Assembly: GCA_051251855.1 (NCBI GenBank)
Contig: JBPOGI010000002.1
Location: 128,001 to 192,000, forward strand
DNA length: 64,000 nt
Source of the DNA: Roseibacillus sp.
GTDB lineage: Bacteria; Verrucomicrobiota; Verrucomicrobiia; Verrucomicrobiales; Akkermansiaceae
Reading direction: 5' to 3'
In this document: positions 1 through 10,100 of the stretch, in pieces
Layout: every line of letters begins with the position of its first letter
Position numbering within the stretch: position 1 is the first letter of the stretch
Notes under the pieces: generated by a model
What the model was told of the DNA's origin: nothing
What the model saw: the letters and a program-made list of their open reading frames with translations, nothing else
Database searches by the model: none
Program-made: the position numbers and the translations under genes

Positions 1-16
1 ACAATCTCTTTAAGAC

Positions 17-49
17 AGGCTGGCCTCCATTTCGGATGCCAGCCTTTTT
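17..49 (+). terminator. Intrinsic terminator of a gene upstream of the window
   Basis: AGGCTGGC...GCCAGCCT stem followed by a T run. Confidence 0.7.
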
Positions 50-161
50 CGTGTTTGTTGGAGGGAGGATTCTTGAGTTGGTAGTGCTTTGGGGAAATTG
101 TTCCATGGTAGAATGACCTACCGTGGAGGCGAAGAGGATCACCGAGTGTTTTTTAACTAAC

Positions 162-231
162 GGAGCGCGGATCTTCAGTCCGCCCCACTGCCATCGTTCT
201 ACTGGTGGGGCTGACTAAAGAGCCGCGCTCC
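162..231. repeat. GGAG-type REP inverted pair (REPIN-like)
   Basis: GGAGCGCGGATCTTCAGTCCGCCCCAC (162-188) and inverted copy (205-231) with 3 mismatches. Confidence 0.75.
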
Positions 232-359
232 ATTTCTTGTCCAGTAGCACTATCACTGCCGGGCGAAAACGAATCTCGCTTGGCGTGATGTGGGTGTGCA
301 TTTCCTATCCAGTTAGGATGTTCGGATTGACTCTCACCACCCAGAGGGCTGCGCTGCAA

Positions 360-1268
360 TTAAATCGCAGCAGTCTCGGCGAGGGTGTAGAGGACGGCCT
401 TTTGGGCGTGGAGGCGGTTTTCGGCTTGTTGGAAGATGACGTCGGCGTGCTGTTCGAGGACTTCTTCGGTGATTTCTTTCTCGCGATAGGCGGGGAGGCA
501 GTGGAGGACGATGTGTCCGTCGGCAGCTCCGCTGAGGAGCTGGCTGTTCACTTGGTAGGGGCCGAAGAGGGCTTCCTTTTCGGTTTGTCCTTCTTGGCCC
601 ATGGAGAGCCAGACGTCGGTATTGATGACGTGGGCACCCTTGACCGCTGCTTGCACATCTGTGGAAGCGGTGATGTTAGGGGCGGCAAGTTTTTCCATAA
701 ATTCAGCAGGGGGCAGGTGCTCGGCAGGGCCAGCGACCGCAAGCTCGAATCCGAGGTGCTTGGCAGCCCACATCCAGGAGATGGTCATGTTGGAGAAGCC
801 ATCGCCTACGAAGGCGACTTTTTTCCCTTCCCAGGTGCCGAGGCGCTCACGGATGGTGAGGAGGTCAGCGAGAATTTGGCAGGGATGCTCGTCATCAGTG
901 AGAGCATTGATAGTTGGAATTTTGCCGTAGTCAGCGAACTGGACGACATCGTCTTGGGCAAAGGTCCGGATGATGGCGCCGTGCACCATGCGACCGAGGA
1001 CACGGGCGGTGTCCTTGATGGGTTCGCCGCGGCCGAGTTGAATGTCGTTCTTAGAGAGGAACATGGCAGTGCCACCGAGCTCGCCAATCCCGACTTCGAA
1101 GGAGACGCGGGTTCGGGTGGAAGCTTTCGTGAAAATAAGGGCCCAAGTTTGTCCGGCAAGGGGTTGGAACTCGTGGTTGCCACGGCGCGTCTTCATGTTG
1201 ACGGCGCGATCGACCAGCATATTGAGTTCTTGAGGTGCGAGTTCTTCGATGGACAACAGATGTTTCAT
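360..1268 (-). CDS. argF: Ornithine carbamoyltransferase
   Basis: STRTRVSFE, HPCQ and HCLP motifs; start set at MKHLLSIEEL. Confidence 0.95.
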   Translation of the reverse strand: MKHLLSIEELAPQELNMLVDRAVNMKTRRGNHEFQPLAGQTWALIFTKASTRTRVSFEVGIGELGGTAMFLSKNDIQLGRGEPIKDTARVLGRMVHGAIIRTFAQDDVVQFADYGKIPTINALTDDEHPCQILADLLTIRERLGTWEGKKVAFVGDGFSNMTISWMWAAKHLGFELAVAGPAEHLPPAEFMEKLAAPNITASTDVQAAVKGAHVINTDVWLSMGQEGQTEKEALFGPYQVNSQLLSGAADGHIVLHCLPAYREKEITEEVLEQHADVIFQQAENRLHAQKAVLYTLAETAAI

Positions 1269-1372
1269 GAGGAGAAAAAGGGAAGCGGGGAGCATGGCCG
1301 AGTCGGGAGGAAGAAGCAAGATTTAGCGACAAAGGACTTTTCGGGGCTGATGGAGTCGGGGAGACTGCTGAG

Positions 1373-2200
1373 GTGGTTACACGTTTTGCTCCTTCGCCGA
1401 CAGGCCGGCTTCATCTTGGTCATGCTTATTCGGCGTGGCTGGCTTGGGAGAGGGCGCAGGAGGCGTGTGGGCGATTTTTGCTGAGGTTTGAGGACATTGA
1501 TCACACGCGAGTGCGACCGGAGTTCTATGAGGGGATTGAGGGGGATTTGCGTTGGTTGGGGATGGCCTGGGAGGGGGAGCCGATGCGTCAATTGAACCGT
1601 TTGGGAGCTTATGAAGGGGCGCTGGATTCTTTGCGAGAGATGGGGCTGCTTTATCGTTGTTTTTGCACGCGGAAAGATTTGGCGGCGACGGCTCCTCAGG
1701 AGGGGGATGGGTTATCGGTGTATCAGGGAACTTGTCGTCACTTAGTGAAGGAGGAGGCCGATAGGCGTGAGGGCAAGGGGGTGGGGTATTCTTGGCGACT
1801 GGATATGGTGGCGGCAGCTGAGAGGGTGGGAGAGTTGACTTTTGAAGATGAGAGATCTGGACAGGTGAAGGTTGAGCCGCTGTTGTTGGGAGATCCCGTT
1901 TTGGCACGGAAGGATATCGCGACTTCGTATCATCTAGCGGTGGTGGTGGATGATGCTACGCAAGGAGTGACGGAGGTGACGCGAGGGGAAGATTTATTAG
2001 AGTCAACGCATATTCATCGCGTTTTGCAGGAGTTGTTAGGCTTTCCCGAGCCGAGGTATTTTCATCATCGATTGGTTGCGGACTCGGATGGAAAGCGACT
2101 GGCCAAGCGGCATGATTCACTTGCGATTGCGACGCTGCGTGATGAGGGGTGGAAGCCTGAGCAGGTGATTGCGGAGGCCAAGAAGTTGGGTGATTTGTAG
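1373..2200 (+). CDS. gluQ: Glutamyl-Q tRNA(Asp) synthetase
   Basis: RFAPSPTG.LHLGH, RFEDID, CFCTR, VTRGEDL, KRLAKR; no anticodon-binding domain. Confidence 0.9.
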   Translation: MVTRFAPSPTGRLHLGHAYSAWLAWERAQEACGRFLLRFEDIDHTRVRPEFYEGIEGDLRWLGMAWEGEPMRQLNRLGAYEGALDSLREMGLLYRCFCTRKDLAATAPQEGDGLSVYQGTCRHLVKEEADRREGKGVGYSWRLDMVAAAERVGELTFEDERSGQVKVEPLLLGDPVLARKDIATSYHLAVVVDDATQGVTEVTRGEDLLESTHIHRVLQELLGFPEPRYFHHRLVADSDGKRLAKRHDSLAIATLRDEGWKPEQVIAEAKKLGDL

Positions 2201-2331
2201 CCGCTTTGGTGACAAAGCAGGCAGGGAGCGAGTAGTGAGTTCTCTCCTGTCCGAGTGGTCACCAACTTAGATCCGATAAGGAAAGGGTGGGGTCAGGTCT
2301 GTACCGCCCGAGTTGTTACCAACTCAGCTAC
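2197..2331. repeat. GTAG-type REP cluster between convergent genes
   Basis: GTAG+GCTTTG-GTGA-CAAAGC hairpin at 2197; inverted GTAG+CTGAGTTGGTAACAACTCGG at 2308-2331; degenerate copy at 2251-2270. Confidence 0.7.
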
Positions 2332-2339
2332 GAAAAAGG

Positions 2340-3179
2340 TTAGCGGTCGGAGAAGCGGGCGCGGAGTCCGTGGACGACGAGGGTGGCGAGCTTGCGCGCT
2401 TTGGTGAGCTTGTAGCGGCGGTCGAAGACTCGGAATTGGTCGTCCTCCATCTTTTCTAACAGTCGCTGATAGAGGGACCGCATGATTTCTGCTGCCATGA
2501 GAGGTTGGCGGTCGGAGAGAGGGAGTGCTTCGAGAGCTTCAGAAAAGAGGTGGTTAGCGCGCTCCGCTTGGTATCTCATCATGGCTGTGAAGCGGTCGTC
2601 GTAGATGCGGGCAACCAAGTCTGCCTCGGTGTAGTTGAAGCGGGCGAGATCTTCGAGAGGGAGGTAGATGCGGTTGCCATTATCGAGATCTTCGCCGACA
2701 TCACGTAGAATATTGGTGAGCTGCAGAGCGTGCCCTAATTTTTCGGCGTAGGGTCCGGCATCAGGATGCTTGGCTCCAAAGAGGGGCAGGCAAACGAGCC
2801 CAACGGTGGAGGCGACACGATGGGTGTAGGTTTGGAGTTCTTCCCAAGTTTGAAAGCGCTGGGGCTCCAAGTCCATGCGGCATCCCTCGATGAGGTCGAG
2901 AAAGTGTTGGCTGGAGATATCGTGCTTATCGCGGAGCGCGAGGACGGCGGATTCGAGAGGCGGTGGGTCGCTTATCTTGCCGAGAAAGAGGTTTTCCCAA
3001 TGTTCGAGACCTTGTGATTTTACTTCAGGAGAGGTGTCGAGATCGTCGGCGATGTCGTCAATCACGCGACAGAAGGCATAAAAGATAGTGACGTCGTCCC
3101 GGTTTTCTTTGGGGAGGCTAAGGAGGGCGAAGGCTAAGTTAGACTTCGCTTTGCGTGTGATTTCTTGAGCTTCAGACAA
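2340..3179 (-). CDS. Squalene/phytoene synthase family (HpnD/CrtB-like)
   Basis: YAFCRVIDDIADD, RVASTVG, QLTNILRDVGED, RIYLP. Confidence 0.88.
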   Translation of the reverse strand: MSEAQEITRKAKSNLAFALLSLPKENRDDVTIFYAFCRVIDDIADDLDTSPEVKSQGLEHWENLFLGKISDPPPLESAVLALRDKHDISSQHFLDLIEGCRMDLEPQRFQTWEELQTYTHRVASTVGLVCLPLFGAKHPDAGPYAEKLGHALQLTNILRDVGEDLDNGNRIYLPLEDLARFNYTEADLVARIYDDRFTAMMRYQAERANHLFSEALEALPLSDRQPLMAAEIMRSLYQRLLEKMEDDQFRVFDRRYKLTKARKLATLVVHGLRARFSDR

Positions 3180-3233
3180 AAGGAAACGGAGAATTTGGAG
3201 TTCTAGCTAAACAGGCGGAGAGAAGGAGCTTCG

Positions 3234-4496
3234 TTAGCGAATGAATCCGAAATTTTCGAAGGGCCAGAGAGTGAAGAGGCCCGGGCCGACGAGGAGATAC
3301 TCGTCAATGGTGCCCCAGTATCGGGAGTCGGATGAGTTCGCGGAGTTGTCTCCCATTGCAAAGTAAAGATCGTCACCCAAGGTCAAGGTCTCTCGAGGAT
3401 TACGCAAGAAATTGCCACCACTGGGATGGAAGTAGCCATCGTAGTCTCCTTTTTTGGAAGCCACATTTTTGAATCCCGATTCGACGGCGAGTTTGCCGTT
3501 GTGCCAAAGGAAGGGGGCTTCGAGGCGCAGCTCATCACCTGGCACACCAGCGAGACGCTTGATGTAGTGGGAGCCGGCTTCCTGGTCCCTCATGCGTGCT
3601 TCGGATTGAATCTGCTTAATACCTCTGGTTTCAAAGACGAAGACTTCGCCACGTTTGGGGGTGCGGAAGTGATAGGAGAACTTGTCGACGAGGACGAGGT
3701 CTCCGGTATCAACCCATCCTTGAGCGAGAATCTGGCCTTTTTTGACAGGGAATTTCTTGGGTGCTCGCACGCCTTGCTGCCTGGCTTGGTCGGAGTTCAA
3801 GAACATATAGTGGACTCCGTGCGCTCCTTGGTTGGAGTAGAAGTCGAGGTTTTTTCCAAGACCTAAGCCGTTGACGATGGCGTTTTGAGAGCCGTTGAGG
3901 GTGATCTTGTCCCCGCTCGAGAGGACGATGTCTGTCTTGGTAAAAAACCACATCCAGCGTCGTTCTTGCACCGCGACGATTTCGGCGTCGGCAGGGGCGA
4001 CGGCTTTGACGTAGGTGCGTCCTTGGGTGACTTTCTTAAAGCCTTGGGTGATGATGTTAGGCTTTTTCCACTCTTTATCGAGAGGCTCTTGATGGCCGAC
4101 GATCCCGTTGAGGGTGGGCTGCATGGAGCCAGTGGGAATGCGGAAGGGCTGAATGTAGTAAGCGCGAATACCGAGTGCGACGGCGATGGCGACGAAGAAG
4201 ACTTCCAAGTTGTCAGCGAGGGCGTCAGGTGGGCGATAAGATTTGAGGGAGTGCTCGCAGGTGCCTTGCAGCTGCTTGCATGCTTCTTTAACTCCGCCTT
4301 GGTCGCGCTTGGCGATGACTTCTTTGAGGTCCTTGATGCGAGAGGTAATCTCGTCGACACGGTCGGTCTCGAGGAGATCGCGCTTGTAGTGAAGAAATTT
4401 CTGACCGCCCTTGAGGGTGCCGAGGGCTTCTTTCTTCCACTTGGGTTTCCAGAAAAAATCCGGAATCAGAGTGAGGATATCAACGACATTAATCAC
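3234..4496 (-). CDS. lepB: Signal peptidase I with N-terminal extension
   Basis: PFRIPTGSMQPTL (Ser), YIKRL (Lys), GDNSANSSDSRYWG. Confidence 0.9.
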   Translation of the reverse strand: MINVVDILTLIPDFFWKPKWKKEALGTLKGGQKFLHYKRDLLETDRVDEITSRIKDLKEVIAKRDQGGVKEACKQLQGTCEHSLKSYRPPDALADNLEVFFVAIAVALGIRAYYIQPFRIPTGSMQPTLNGIVGHQEPLDKEWKKPNIITQGFKKVTQGRTYVKAVAPADAEIVAVQERRWMWFFTKTDIVLSSGDKITLNGSQNAIVNGLGLGKNLDFYSNQGAHGVHYMFLNSDQARQQGVRAPKKFPVKKGQILAQGWVDTGDLVLVDKFSYHFRTPKRGEVFVFETRGIKQIQSEARMRDQEAGSHYIKRLAGVPGDELRLEAPFLWHNGKLAVESGFKNVASKKGDYDGYFHPSGGNFLRNPRETLTLGDDLYFAMGDNSANSSDSRYWGTIDEYLLVGPGLFTLWPFENFGFIR

Positions 4497-4579
4497 GGGC
4501 TCTAGTTGAGCGTGAAGGGAGAAAGGAGCAAGGATTTTATGGCGCTGCCTATGTCGTCGAAATTGAGGGGGAAGTCGGC

Positions 4580-5938
4580 TTAACTCCCATAAATTCCGGG
4601 TTCAACTGCACCGCTGTCGTTGAACTCGGCTTGTCCTTTGATATTTACTCCTTTAGCAAAGGTGACTTGACCAGAAATGGCGAGGCTATCGGCTTCAATG
4701 AGAGAGGGTACGGTGCCGAGGAGTTCGAGCGAGTCGACGAGCTTGTATTCGCCGGAAAGCTTGACGACAGGCGGTTTTCCGGCGCGAGAAGGGACGAGGC
4801 CAACACTGCCGTCGGGGCGCTTTTCGTAGGCATCACTGCGGAGGGAAAAGAGGTCGGCGGTGGTTTTGACGGGGGCAAAGCGTGAGCGCGGGACTTCGAC
4901 TGCCATGGCGCCGTCGAAGCACTCGATGGCCGCACCCATCGCGGTTTCGAGTTGCCATACGGGGGTGGATTCCTTGTCGCGAGGGTCGACGGTTTTTGAA
5001 TTCTGAATAACGGGGAGGGGGAGAACGCCTTGGGAGGCATCGAGTGCTTCTTTGAGGGCGGGGAGATTGAGCCAGAGGTTGTTCGTGTTAAAGAACTGAT
5101 GTTGGTCGATGTTTTGGAAGGCATCGAGGTCGGCTTCGGGGCATTGGGCGACTTCGCGGAGGACGAGTCGGTCGTCACTTTTACGGATAGCGAGATGGCC
5201 ACCTTTTTTGTCGGCCTCGGTGCGGCGGGTGACTTCCATGACGAAGGGGGCACCGCTTTTTGCAAACCAGTTGAGGAGGCCGGCATCGAGGGTGGCTCCG
5301 AGATTGTCGCTGTTGGAAACGAAGGCGTATTTAATACCATCGGCTAGAAGACGGTCGAGCCAGCCGCTGCCAGCAAGGGCGGGGTAGAGGTCACCGTGAC
5401 CGGGTGGGCACCATTCATGGTCGGGATCGGATGCCCAAGTGACGGGGGCCATGGTGGCGGCGTCGATTTTGGGGACTTTGTTTTGAAGCATCTCGACATC
5501 TTCGCCATCGAGAGCGCCGCCTGAGAGTGCGGCCAAGGTGTCTTCGCTGGTGGAAAACGAGTTCATCAGGAGGAAGCGCACTTGAGCTCCGGTCTGAGTG
5601 CGCAGGGTGGCGATTTGCTGGGCAATGAGGTCGAGGAAGGTCTCGCCGTCTTTGACTTCGAGGAGACTTTTCGCTTTTTGAAGACCCATCCCAGTACCGA
5701 GTCCTCCGTTGAGTTTTAGGACCACGGTCTCGGCGAGGTGCTGAGCATTCCAGTCGGGGTGTTCACTGGCGACGCTTAAATAGTTGGGAACATTGGTTGC
5801 GGGCTGGAGGGTTTCTTCGTCCATGAGGCCCTTTTCGCCAGCACTGAGAAGGTTGAAGCCGCGTTCGAAGGCTCCAATGGCAGCTTCACCTAGGCCAGCA
5901 GCTTCCATCTTGTTACGAAAAGGAGAAAAGTCGTTCAT
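4580..5938 (-). CDS. UTP--glucose-1-phosphate uridylyltransferase, UDPGP (eukaryote-like) family
   Basis: VLKLNGGLGTGMG, WCPPGHGD, VSNSDNLGA, FNTNNLW, QLETAMG, RFAPVK. Confidence 0.92.
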   Translation of the reverse strand: MNDFSPFRNKMEAAGLGEAAIGAFERGFNLLSAGEKGLMDEETLQPATNVPNYLSVASEHPDWNAQHLAETVVLKLNGGLGTGMGLQKAKSLLEVKDGETFLDLIAQQIATLRTQTGAQVRFLLMNSFSTSEDTLAALSGGALDGEDVEMLQNKVPKIDAATMAPVTWASDPDHEWCPPGHGDLYPALAGSGWLDRLLADGIKYAFVSNSDNLGATLDAGLLNWFAKSGAPFVMEVTRRTEADKKGGHLAIRKSDDRLVLREVAQCPEADLDAFQNIDQHQFFNTNNLWLNLPALKEALDASQGVLPLPVIQNSKTVDPRDKESTPVWQLETAMGAAIECFDGAMAVEVPRSRFAPVKTTADLFSLRSDAYEKRPDGSVGLVPSRAGKPPVVKLSGEYKLVDSLELLGTVPSLIEADSLAISGQVTFAKGVNIKGQAEFNDSGAVEPGIYGS

Positions 5939-6072
5939 CGAGGATGGGAATAACAGTCTGGGACGAGGTTTCAAGGATCCTTAGGTCGGTATTTTTCGGA
6001 AGGGAATGTATTTCATGCGAAGGGTCATTTGGCGTTTGCCAATCGGGTTTTGAAAACAAAGACTGCGGCCCT

Positions 6073-6711
6073 ATGTCAGAGGAAGATAAAGCTCCGAAGA
6101 AGGCTGCTCGTAAGCGTGTGGTTAAGAAAGGAGTGCGTGGTACGCGGGCTCCGCGTAAGAAGACCATCGTCAAGAAGGAGGAGAGCTCTGTGGATACCAC
6201 TGAGATTGAGGGTGATGAGGCTTTCGACGATGAGAATGAGATTACCTATTCCTTGGAGACAGGGGAAGCTGCTGAGGCGGTGAAGGAAATTGAGGTGGTG
6301 AAAGAAGAGGAAGCCCCTCGGAAGAAGAAAGACTCTGAGAAGGGGAAGTCCGAGAAGGGTGAGCGCAAAAAGGACCGTCCACGCAAAGAGAAGTCTTCAG
6401 ACGATTCTAGAGAGGATGATTCTGAGGAAGACTCGGATGATGAGGGCGACGATCGGAAGGATGGCCGTAATCGCCGAGGTGGTCGCAACCGTCGAGGAGG
6501 TAATTCTCGCGAGCGCGAGGATTCGGGTTCGAAGCGGGCTCCCGTGGATAAAGAGGAAGCTGCGGCGAAGGCTTGGGAAATCTATCAAGGCGAGTTGGAA
6601 GAAGAGGGAGTGTCTCTCGTTGATCCACGTCGCGCTCGTGAAGTGGCACGCCGATGCTTGGAACTGGCTACTATTTTCTGCGAAGAGCGCGACCGCTATC
6701 TGGAGCGCTAA
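6073..6711 (+). CDS. Hypothetical highly charged, largely disordered protein
   Basis: ATG start; basic, acidic and RGG blocks followed by a short helical C-terminus. Confidence 0.7.
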   Translation: MSEEDKAPKKAARKRVVKKGVRGTRAPRKKTIVKKEESSVDTTEIEGDEAFDDENEITYSLETGEAAEAVKEIEVVKEEEAPRKKKDSEKGKSEKGERKKDRPRKEKSSDDSREDDSEEDSDDEGDDRKDGRNRRGGRNRRGGNSREREDSGSKRAPVDKEEAAAKAWEIYQGELEEEGVSLVDPRRAREVARRCLELATIFCEERDRYLER

Positions 6712-7195
6712 GCGATTTCCTAGTCTTGTCTCCCATTTCGAAGATTTTGATTTGGGTTGAATCTCTGGCTTCTGGTTTGCTAGTCAGGCTGGCGATTTGT
6801 GCCTTTATATTCGAACGAGGGCAACAGTGACGGCAGCGAAAAAGGCGCGTCTCAGCTTGTTACTGAAAGTTCGAGAGGGTGGAGACATCATGTTGTCTCT
6901 CAGGCCCAGATTTGATGTTTTTTGTAGGGGGCTCCCCTAAGAGCTCATGCAGAGAAGGTTAAGGGGCATTCTGAGTCAAAAATAGAATGACCGGAGGCCG
7001 CTCGACGAGTGGCCAACGCAGAAATACGTTAAAGATTTGAGGCTCTTTCATGGGTTTCTTGGTCTTTTATCATAGCCGAGACGGGAGAAACGCTCTACGA
7101 ATAGGGTCCTCAAAAGATAATTTTGACGCTGTAAAAGGAGGAGCCGACTCTCGTTTTTTCCCTTTGAGGCACTAAAAAACCACTGATAAGAAACC

Positions 7196-10100
7196 ATGAA
7201 AATAAAACCACTATCGCTGATTTGCGCTGCGGGAGGATTCCTCCCGTTTAGCCTATTAGCTCAATATGATGCCGACCTCCTTGGTTACTGGCAGTTCGAG
7301 GGAGACCTTACAGAAGATTCAGGAGCAGGTGTCCATGATGGAACGGCCTTCGGAACCGTCGCCTACGCGGCTGGACCAACGGCTGCCTTTGGACAATCTG
7401 TTTCATTTCCTGCCGCAGATGCAGCTGCCGTACCACCTGTCGATCCCAGTGGAGTGATCGTCGATAATACAAAAAGCAGTGAGCTCGGTTACGTCAATAC
7501 CTTCGATGATGGCATTTCTGATGCCCTTTCCATCTCCTTCTGGGCAAGTGGCCTTCCCGGCAACTGGTCTCCCTTTATTTCGAAAAGAGGAGAGGATAAT
7601 CTGGGCTACCAAGTCCGTAGGCATTCGACCACGCCCAACGCTACTTTTACCCTTAGGGGTACTGACGGGGAGGAAGATCCTCAGGGGTCAATTGACATCT
7701 CGACTGGGCAACCCGTTTGGACACACTACGCCGCTACTTGGAATGGTGTCACCGGCGAGCGCCGTCTTTATGTGAACGGAGTGGAAGATACCGCCGTTTC
7801 TCAGAGCGCAGATTTCATTTCCGGCACCGCTGGCCAAGGTCCTGATCTTGCCACAGACAATTGGCTCACCTTCGGTATGCGTCACCGAGAGCCCACCACT
7901 CCCACTGTTTTTCAAAACTTCTTTGCGGGAGATATGGATGACATTGCGATTTGGAATCGTGAAATCAGTAGTACTGAAGCCTTCCAACTTGCACAGGCTC
8001 CGCTTGACGACATTTTGCTCGAGACGGACGCGGACGGAGACGGCCTCTTCGCTTCTCAGGAGGCGGCCTTTGGTACCTCAGATGATCCAGCTGATGCCAA
8101 TTCCAACGATTTTGATGGCGATGGTGTGAGTGACTACGACGAATTCGTAAAAGGCGGCGATGGCGCCAATGACGATGACTTTGACATGGATGGTCTCACT
8201 AATCTTCAAGAGACTTCTGGCTCAGCCAACCCTTGGACTTCAGGCGTGAGTGGCGCAACACCAGGAGAGACTACTGACTGGTGTGTCGCGGACTCTGATG
8301 GCGATGGCATCGACGATGGTGAAGAGGTTGTTGCGGGTGTTGACGGTTTTGTGACCGATCCCAACAGCAGAGATACCGATGGCGATGGCTTTGCTGACGG
8401 TGCGGAGCTTGCGGAGGGTTCCGACCCCACAGATGCGAACTCTCTCCCTCCCATCACCACTGGACTGGTCGGCTATTGGGAATTTGAAAATGACCTCGTT
8501 GAAACATCAGGCGAGCATGCTCCAGGTACTCATGATGGTGCCACCACGGACGGATTCCCAGCGGAATTCGGCACAGGCCCCACTGTATTGGATGAAGGAG
8601 TCCTCGGCGATTTCGGAAGTTCCTTGAACACAGTCGCGGAGGGCACCAGCTATGGTGTCTACGTTCTTGGGTCCAATGCCCAAGAGACAGCAGGCTACGT
8701 CGATACTTTCGACGCTGGAATTGGCAACGAATTCACGGTGTCTCTCTGGGCGAAAGGCTGGCCTGGGGCTAACTGGGATCCGTTCATCTCCAAACGAGGA
8801 GAAACCAATCAAGGTTTTCAAATCCGGAGACGCGGAAATACCACTAATGCAACCTTCACCTTGCGCCAGACTTTAGGAGAGGATGACCCCAATGTCGGCA
8901 ACAACGCGGGAGGTGGCCAAACAGGCACAACCGGCGTTCCTGTCTGGAAGCACTACCTCGGGACTTGGAATGGCACTACGGGAGAAAGAAAGCTCTATGT
9001 GGATGGAGTTCTCTCCTTCACGATCACGGGTGACTTTGAGACTGGTGCTGGGGTGAGCGCTGCTACCAACTATTGGATGACCTTTGGAAGCCGCCACAAC
9101 AATGCCGACTTCACTCCTACTGAAGGGGACGTAAACGGTATTTTCAGTAACCTCTCATTCGAGGGTGAGCTCGATGACATCGCCTTCTGGCATCGCGAGT
9201 TGAAACCTACTGAGGCCGCTCAATTGAGCACCGCGCCTCTGTCCTTCATTCTCACTCAAACGGATGCGGATGCGGACGGACTCTTTGCTACTCAGGAAGC
9301 CGAGTTCGGCACCTCTGACAATGACTCTGATTCCGATGATGATGGCATTGATGATTTGGCAGAGTTCCTGAAGGGCAGTGACGGTGCCGTCGATGATGAC
9401 CCTGACATGGACGGCCTCCTGAACTCCCAAGAGAGTTCAGGTTCAGCGAACCCGTTTGTCGCTGGTGTCAATGTGGGGCTTCCTGGAACAGAGACCACCG
9501 ACTGGTGTGTTGCTGACTCGGATAACGACGGCATCAACGACGGCGATGAGGTTGGTTCTGTGAATGGCTTTGTGACCGACCCGAACAATGCAGACACTGA
9601 CGGTGACGGCTTCTCGGACGGCGCTGAGCTGGCTGCGACTCCTCCAACGGATCCACTGGATCCCCTGAGCAAAGGAACCGACTGGGAAAAAGGTCTCTGC
9701 GGTTACTGGCAGTTCGACGACGACCTCACTGATAGCGGGGTTCTCGGATTGGACGGTATCATGCAAGGTCTCGACACTACTGAAACCTATGCAACCGGTC
9801 AGTTTGGCAGCGCCATTGACTTCGACAAGCTCAACGAGCAGCGCGTGCAGATCACCGGAAATGAGAACCTCCTCGACGGCACTGGCAGCGACTTCACTGT
9901 TTCTGCTTGGGTTCAAATCGATGCCTTTGACCAGAACTGGCAGGCGATTATCTCCAAAGGAGACGAACCCACCGACTGGCGTCTAGCGAGATATAATAAT
10001 TCCAATGGACCTGCCTTTGTTGGCGGTAACGCAGATGTCCCGGGTAACGGGGATGGCGCGGCTAACACGGCAACTGCCAACCTACATCCCGTTAACGACG

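Noticed and set aside
237..1484. Long antisense ORFs (also 47003-48001, 46954-47940 alternate frame, 39485-40180)
   Set aside because: Shadows of real genes caused by codon bias; no recognisable motifs.
6712..7195. Riboswitch or ncRNA upstream of the LamG gene
   Set aside because: Several short hairpins are present, but none matches a family I can recognise; an Rfam scan would be needed.
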